A DNA stretch of 32,000 nucleotides from Bacillota bacterium (GTDB lineage Bacteria; Bacillota; Sulfobacillia; JABLXB01), in the NCBI GenBank assembly GCA_013178305.1, contig JABLXB010000001.1:656253-688252 (forward strand). Direction: 5' to 3'. The notes below the pieces were generated by a model that saw only the letters and a program-made list of their open reading frames with translations, searched no databases and had not been told where the DNA came from. Position numbers and translations under genes: made by a program. This document shows, one piece after another, positions 26,827-32,000 of the stretch. Positions within the stretch are counted from its first letter, which is position 1, and each line of letters starts with the position of its first letter.

Positions 26827-28107
26827 TCACTCGACCCCGGCCGTCCCCCCGTCCCGCGCCGGGGTCTCGAGAGCCACTCCCTTGAAGAACTCGAAGTCCT
26901 CCAGGATTACGCGAACGAGTGAGGCATCCAGGTGGCCGGACTGCGCCATGTCCGTCATGAGCCGGGTGACCTCGTCGCGTTCCATTGCAGGGCGGTACGG
27001 GCGGGCCTGGTTCAACGCCTGGAACACGTCGCTCACGCACACCACCCTGCAGCCAACGTCGAGATCGTGACCGGTGGCGCCGAACGGGTACCCCAACCCA
27101 TCGAGTCGTTCGTGGTGGTACGACCCCCACGTGGCGATCTCGCTGAACACCGGGAGCCGCCGGAGTATCCGGTAGCTGTGATATGGGTGCTCCCTCATAA
27201 CCGCACGTTCAAGGGGGGTCAAGGGGCCAGGCTTGTCGAGGATCTCGTCGGGGATGCCGAGCTTCCCCAGGTCATGGAGGAATCCTGCGAGCCTTATCAG
27301 GCCGACGTCGCGATCGGACAGACCGGCCCTCGCCGCAAGATGGGCAGCCACCGCGGCGACGCCGGCGGAATGCCACCTCGTAAACGGGCTCTTGTCGTCG
27401 ATGACCTCCGCGTATATCCTCGACAGCGGCTCGATGTCGGCAGGGCTGAGATTGACTCCCACGGGTGGCGCGACACCGAGGATGTACCTGTCAAGGTCCT
27501 CTGACATCAGATCTAGCCAGAACGAATCTTTCTCGGCGATGCGTTCGAATGCGCGAACCAGGGCGGGGTCGAACACCCCCGGCGTCCGGAACCTGATCCT
27601 GTCGATCATCGAGCGCTTCTCATGCAGCACGTGCCGGGCGTAATGGGCGAGGATCGTGGCGCGGTCCGCGAGGTGGATGATCCTTGACCCGAGAGGGATG
27701 CCGGCGCCGCTCTTCCCGCGTGGATTGTCTCCATAGAACCTGTCGTGGTGGTGCGCCACCAGCTCGGACACCCCGGGCAATCCAGGCAAGGATGCAAGCA
27801 GCCGGGCACCGCGTTCGGCGTGCTCGAAGGGGCTGTCCACCTCGAATTGGACGAGCCTCAGGCGCTGCGCGGAGGTGGACACCCCCGCGTCGTGGACCAG
27901 TGAGGCCCAGAACACGTCTCGCCGCACATCCGGGGTCGCGCCCACCAGGTCGACGATGCGAAGCGATACGTAGGCGACCTCGATCCCGTGGCGCAGTCTG
28001 GGGAACGCCCCCCGTCCGACCAGGTCCAGGGCGCTGGCGAGGGTGATGAGAACCTCGTTGACTGTCGCGGCCTTGTGGCCGCCGGCGCCGGCCAGCTTTC
28101 GCTGCGT
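26827..28107 (-). CDS. Tandem HD / HD-GYP domain phosphohydrolase; N-terminus extends upstream of first canonical start (27945)
   Basis: AGFLHDLGKLGIPDEILDKPGPLTPLERAVMREHPYHSYRIL...YHHERLDGLGYP. In-frame coding continues upstream of 27945 (TVNEVLITLASALDLVGRGAFPRLRHGIEVAYVSLRIVDLV) to ACG 28107, with AAAGGAGGGG just before it. Confidence 0.85.
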   Translation of the reverse strand, partial: TQRKLAGAGGHKAATVNEVLITLASALDLVGRGAFPRLRHGIEVAYVSLRIVDLVGATPDVRRDVFWASLVHDAGVSTSAQRLRLVQFEVDSPFEHAERGARLLASLPGLPGVSELVAHHHDRFYGDNPRGKSGAGIPLGSRIIHLADRATILAHYARHVLHEKRSMIDRIRFRTPGVFDPALVRAFERIAEKDSFWLDLMSEDLDRYILGVAPPVGVNLSPADIEPLSRIYAEVIDDKSPFTRWHSAGVAAVAAHLAARAGLSDRDVGLIRLAGFLHDLGKLGIPDEILDKPGPLTPLERAVMREHPYHSYRILRRLPVFSEIATWGSYHHERLDGLGYPFGATGHDLDVGCRVVCVSDVFQALNQARPYRPAMERDEVTRLMTDMAQSGHLDASLVRVILEDFEFFKGVALETPARDGGTAGVE

Positions 28108-28122
28108 GTAAGATCCCCTCCT

Positions 28123-30042
28123 TTACGCCAGGTTGGACAGGGCCTCCTTGATCTTGCCGGCTAGGACCGGGCCGATCCCCTCGACCGCCGAGATATCCTC
28201 GGAGGCGGCCCGGGCTATACCCCGTACTGAGCCGAAACGCCTCAGTAAAGCCGACTTCCGCTTTGCCCCGATGCCCGGGATCTCGTCCAGGAGCGATCTG
28301 AGTCCCTGTCTGCCCCTGAGTTTTCTGTGATATCCTACGGCGAATCTGTGCGCCTCGTCCCTGAGTCGCTGAATTAAGTAAAGTGCCTTCGAATCCCTGG
28401 GGAGAATGACGGGATCTGGCCGGCCGGGCAGGAATATCTCTTCCTCCTGCTTGGCGAGGCCGATAACCGGGATGTGCAGGAGGCCGAGCGCCTTCAGCAC
28501 CTCGAGCGCCGCACTGAGCTGACCCTTGCCGCCGTCAACCAAGATAAGGTCGGGAAATTCGGCGAAGCCCTCCGGCGGCTCGCCCCGCGGCGACGCGTCG
28601 GCGCGCTCCTCCCGCTCCGCCAGCCCCCTCCGGAAGCGCCTGAACAACACCTCCTGCATCATGGCGAAGTCGTCCGGCGTCTCTCTGGACTTGATCCTGA
28701 ACTTCCGGTACTGGCTCTTGTCGGGTCTCCCGTCGCGGAACACGACCATGGAGCCGACCGGTTGCCTGCCCTGGATGTTCGAAATGTCGTAACCCTCGAT
28801 GCGGTGAGGGCTCTCCGTCAGGCCCACGGCCGACGACAGGCCTTCGAGCGCCGACCGGATCTCCTCCGCCTCGCGTTCCTCCTCCGGCTTCATTTCTTCG
28901 ATAGCGAGGCGCGCGTTGGTGATAGCCATCTCCACGAGCTCGCGCGGCTTTCCCCTCGACGGGACCCGCGTGCGAACCCTCGCTCCTCGTAGACCCGACA
29001 GCCACTCCTCTATTGCTTCGAAGTCCGCCGGTTCGGCCGGCAGGAGGATCTCGGGGGGAACGGAGCTCGCGGACGAATAATGCAGTTTCAGGAACGACCC
29101 GGCGATCTCACCCGGCTCGGCGCCGGCTGCGTCGGATAGCGCGAACGTCTCCCTCCCGACCATCTTGCCGTCCCTGATCTGGAACACCTGCGCCACAGCG
29201 TCGTTCCCCGCGGTGGCGACGCCCACGACGTCCCTGTCTTTCATGTCGGTGAAGATGATGTTCTGCTTCTCCGCGATATCCTCGACGGCCCGGATCTGAT
29301 CGCGCAGCCGAGCCGCTTCCTCGAAGTCCAAGCGTTCTGCGGCGCCCTGCATCCTCGACCTGAGACGCGACACCACGTCGCGGGTCCTCCCTTCCAGGAA
29401 GGAACACATGTCGCGGATCATGCCGCCGTAGGCCTCTTTGCCGACGTGGCCGCAGCACGGCCCCAGGCACCTGCCGATCTGGTAGTTCAGGCAGGGCCTC
29501 CTCGCGTTCCTGAAGGCGTCGTTGCTGCACGTCCTGTACGGGAACACCCTGCGCAGGAGGTCGAGGGTCTCACGCAGAGACCCGGCGCGGGTGTACGGGC
29601 CGAAGTACCTGGAGCCGTCCTTCTTCATGGACCTCGCAATCAGGGCGCGCGGCCAGTCCTCATCGAGGGTAATGCGGAGATACGGAAAATGCTTGTCGTC
29701 GCGGAGCTTGATGTTATACCGGGGCCGGTACTTCTTGACCAGGTTCGATTCGAGGATTAGGGCTTCGACTTCCGAGCCCGTGGTGATGTACTCGAGATCG
29801 GCGATGTTCGCGGTGAGGCCGGTCAGGCGCCTTGTGTACGCCTGTCCCACCTGGAAATACGAACGGACTCTGTTGCGGAGTGATATGGCCTTGCCGATAT
29901 ATATCACTTTACCCCGGGAGTCCTTGAAAAGGTACACGCCCGGGAGTTCGGGAAGGTTGCGCACCTTCTCGATCAGTTCGGACGCCGGCGCTTCCGCAGG
30001 GATCGCCGGGCCCTCGCTAACTCTCCCGTCGCCGGCCGCCAT
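28123..30042 (-). CDS. uvrC: Excinuclease ABC subunit C
   Basis: LPELPGVYLFKDSRGKVIYIGKAISLRNRVRSYF; RRPCLNYQIGRCLGPC; GYDISNIQGRQPVGSMVVF; LILVDGGKGQLSAA; C-terminal HhH motifs. Confidence 0.98.
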   Translation of the reverse strand: MAAGDGRVSEGPAIPAEAPASELIEKVRNLPELPGVYLFKDSRGKVIYIGKAISLRNRVRSYFQVGQAYTRRLTGLTANIADLEYITTGSEVEALILESNLVKKYRPRYNIKLRDDKHFPYLRITLDEDWPRALIARSMKKDGSRYFGPYTRAGSLRETLDLLRRVFPYRTCSNDAFRNARRPCLNYQIGRCLGPCCGHVGKEAYGGMIRDMCSFLEGRTRDVVSRLRSRMQGAAERLDFEEAARLRDQIRAVEDIAEKQNIIFTDMKDRDVVGVATAGNDAVAQVFQIRDGKMVGRETFALSDAAGAEPGEIAGSFLKLHYSSASSVPPEILLPAEPADFEAIEEWLSGLRGARVRTRVPSRGKPRELVEMAITNARLAIEEMKPEEEREAEEIRSALEGLSSAVGLTESPHRIEGYDISNIQGRQPVGSMVVFRDGRPDKSQYRKFRIKSRETPDDFAMMQEVLFRRFRRGLAEREERADASPRGEPPEGFAEFPDLILVDGGKGQLSAALEVLKALGLLHIPVIGLAKQEEEIFLPGRPDPVILPRDSKALYLIQRLRDEAHRFAVGYHRKLRGRQGLRSLLDEIPGIGAKRKSALLRRFGSVRGIARAASEDISAVEGIGPVLAGKIKEALSNLA

Positions 30043-30045
30043 ACC

Positions 30046-32000
30046 TCATCTATCGCCTCCGGCCGCAAGTTCCAGGCGCCTGCGCCGCTCTCGCGGGTCG
30101 AGCGCCACCTTCAGGAACTGTCCGGTGTACGAGCTCTTCACCGAGGCTACCTGCTCGGGAGTCCCTTCGGCGATGACTCGCCCGCCCTGGTCACCGCCCT
30201 CCGGACCGAGGTCGATGATGTAGTCGGCGGTCTTGATCACGTCCATGTTGTGCTCTATGACGACCACGGTCGAACCGGCGTCCACCAGGCGCTGCAACAC
30301 CTCCAGCAGTCTCCTGGTGTCCGCGAAATGGAGCCCCGTGGTCGGTTCGTCCAGGATGTACATTGTTCTCCCGTTGCCCCGCCTGCACAGCTCGGTCGCC
30401 AGCTTGACCCTCTGCGCCTCGCCGCCCGAGAGCGTGGTGGCCGGCTGGCCCAGCCGTATGTACCCGAGGCCGACGTCGTGCATGGTCTGGAGTTTTCGCT
30501 GTATCTTCGGTATGTTGGCGAAGAACTCGAGCGCTTCCTCTACCGTCATGTCGAGGACCTGTGATATGTTCTTGCCCTTGTACTTGACCTCGAGCGTCTC
30601 CCTGTTGTATCGCGCTCCCTTGCACACCTCGCAGGGCACGTACACGTCGGGGAGGAAGTGCATCTCTATCTTGATTATCCCGTCGCCGCGGCACGCCTCG
30701 CAGCGCCCACCCCGCACGTTGAACGAGAACCTCCCGGGCCTGTACCCGCGGGCCCTCGCCTCCTGCGTCACCGCGAACATCTCGCGGATCGGGTCGAACG
30801 CGCCCGTGTAAGTCGCGGGGTTGGAGCGCGGCGTCCTGCCTATCGGCGACTGGTCGATCTCGATCACCTTGTCCAGGTGTTCGAGGCCCAGTATCGCTTC
30901 GTGCTCGCCTGCTTTGAGTCTCGATCCGAACATCTCGTTGGCGAGCTTCCGGTACAGTATCTCGTTGACGAGCGTGCTCTTGCCGGACCCCGATACGCCC
31001 GTGACGCACACGAACATGCCCAGCGGGAACTCCACATCTATCCCCTTGAGGTTGTGCTCGCGGGCGCCCTTGACGACAATGTACCTGCCGTCTGGTTCCC
31101 GCCGGCGCCCAGGCACAGGTATGGACTCCACGCCGCCGAGGTACCTGCCGGTCACGGAGGCAGGGTTGTCGATGATATCGCGCACGGTCCCGCTAGCCAC
31201 CACGCGGCCGCCGTGCTCCCCGGCCCCTGGCCCGATGTCGATAACGTGGTCGGACTCCCACATGGTGTCCTCGTCGTGCTCCACCACGATAAGCGTGTTG
31301 CCAAGATCGCGCAGCCGCTTCAGAGTCGACAGCAGCCTGTAATTGTCCCGTTGATGAAGCCCTATGCTGGGCTCGTCCAGGATATAGAGGACGCCCATCA
31401 GGCCCGACCCGATCTGCGTCGCGAGGCGGATCCGCTGCGCCTCCCCGCCCGCGAGGCTGCCTGCGGAGCGGTCGAGCGTGAGGTAGTCCAGCCCTACGTT
31501 CACCATGAACGTGAGACGCTCCCTGATCTCCTTCAGTATCTGGTGAGCTATCAGGCGCTGCCGGTCGTCCAGATTCAGTTCATCGAAGAACTTCAACGCT
31601 CGTGAAACCGACATGCGGGCCACGTCGGCGATTGACAGGCCCGCGATCTTGACCGCGAGGGCCTCGGGTTTGAGCCTCAACCCCTTGCACGCCGGGCAAG
31701 GGCGCGAGGACATGTACTCCTCGATCTCCTGGCGCATCGCCTCGCTCGTCGACTCGCGATAACGTCGTTCGAGGTTTCTGACGACCCCCTCGAATGGGGC
31801 CTCCCAGGCGCGGCGGGTGCCGAACTCGTTCTCGTAGAGGAACCTCACCGGACGGCCCTTCGTGCCGTACAGGATTGTGTCGATCTGCTCGGGCGCCAGA
31901 TCCTCGACGGGGGCTTCCATGCTGAATCCGTATTCCCTGGCCACCGTCTCGAGCATCTGGTAGTAGTACGTACTCGTGCTCTTGCTCCACGGGGCTATTG
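30046..32000 (-). CDS. uvrA: Excinuclease ABC subunit A, 5' end beyond window
   Basis: [51 protein letters not shown]; [16 protein letters not shown]; [34 protein letters not shown]. Frame open upstream of ORF-track start 31956 ([25 protein letters not shown]). Confidence 0.98.
   Translation of the reverse strand, partial: IAPWSKSTSTYYYQMLETVAREYGFSMEAPVEDLAPEQIDTILYGTKGRPVRFLYENEFGTRRAWEAPFEGVVRNLERRYRESTSEAMRQEIEEYMSSRPCPACKGLRLKPEALAVKIAGLSIADVARMSVSRALKFFDELNLDDRQRLIAHQILKEIRERLTFMVNVGLDYLTLDRSAGSLAGGEAQRIRLATQIGSGLMGVLYILDEPSIGLHQRDNYRLLSTLKRLRDLGNTLIVVEHDEDTMWESDHVIDIGPGAGEHGGRVVASGTVRDIIDNPASVTGRYLGGVESIPVPGRRREPDGRYIVVKGAREHNLKGIDVEFPLGMFVCVTGVSGSGKSTLVNEILYRKLANEMFGSRLKAGEHEAILGLEHLDKVIEIDQSPIGRTPRSNPATYTGAFDPIREMFAVTQEARARGYRPGRFSFNVRGGRCEACRGDGIIKIEMHFLPDVYVPCEVCKGARYNRETLEVKYKGKNISQVLDMTVEEALEFFANIPKIQRKLQTMHDVGLGYIRLGQPATTLSGGEAQRVKLATELCRRGNGRTMYILDEPTTGLHFADTRRLLEVLQRLVDAGSTVVVIEHNMDVIKTADYIIDLGPEGGDQGGRVIAEGTPEQVASVKSSYTGQFLKVALDPRERRRRLELAAGGDR

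Noticed and set aside
30658-31605. 315-aa plus-strand ORF in uvrA
   Set aside because: Antisense to highly conserved uvrA; no coding signature.

Overview
Bacterial window from a moderately high-GC, Firmicutes-like genome. The two ends carry pieces of the usually linked uvrA-uvrC ... rapZ-yvcK cluster, all on the minus strand. About 23 kb separates uvrC from the rapZ cluster and holds: an HD-GYP gene; a SIMPL-domain gene; a minus-strand catabolic operon of about 13 genes (12736-25773: ribose-type ABC importer, cyclase, two SDRs, FGGY kinase, YhfZ-like regulator, D-threonine-aldolase-like PLP protein, YjbQ, degenerate HAD, TIM-barrel isomerase, creatinase/M24-fold protein); and a plus-strand operon (7779-12714). 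The plus-strand operon sits behind a near-consensus sigma-54 promoter and next to a LevR-like PTS-domain activator. It combines a class II aldolase and galactitol-type PTS IIB/IIC/IIA with a UroD-family (methyltransferase-like) protein, a small IIB-like protein lacking the usual phospho-cysteine, and a MtaC/MtbC-type corrinoid protein. I consider this PTS plus corrinoid combination the strongest candidate for a previously undescribed system, possibly import and demethylation/cleavage of a methylated sugar or polyol; the substrate is inference. Two genes (PTS IIB and HD-GYP) have strong Shine-Dalgarno sequences but only an ACG codon at the expected start position. No rRNA, tRNA, CRISPR array or transposase was recognised.
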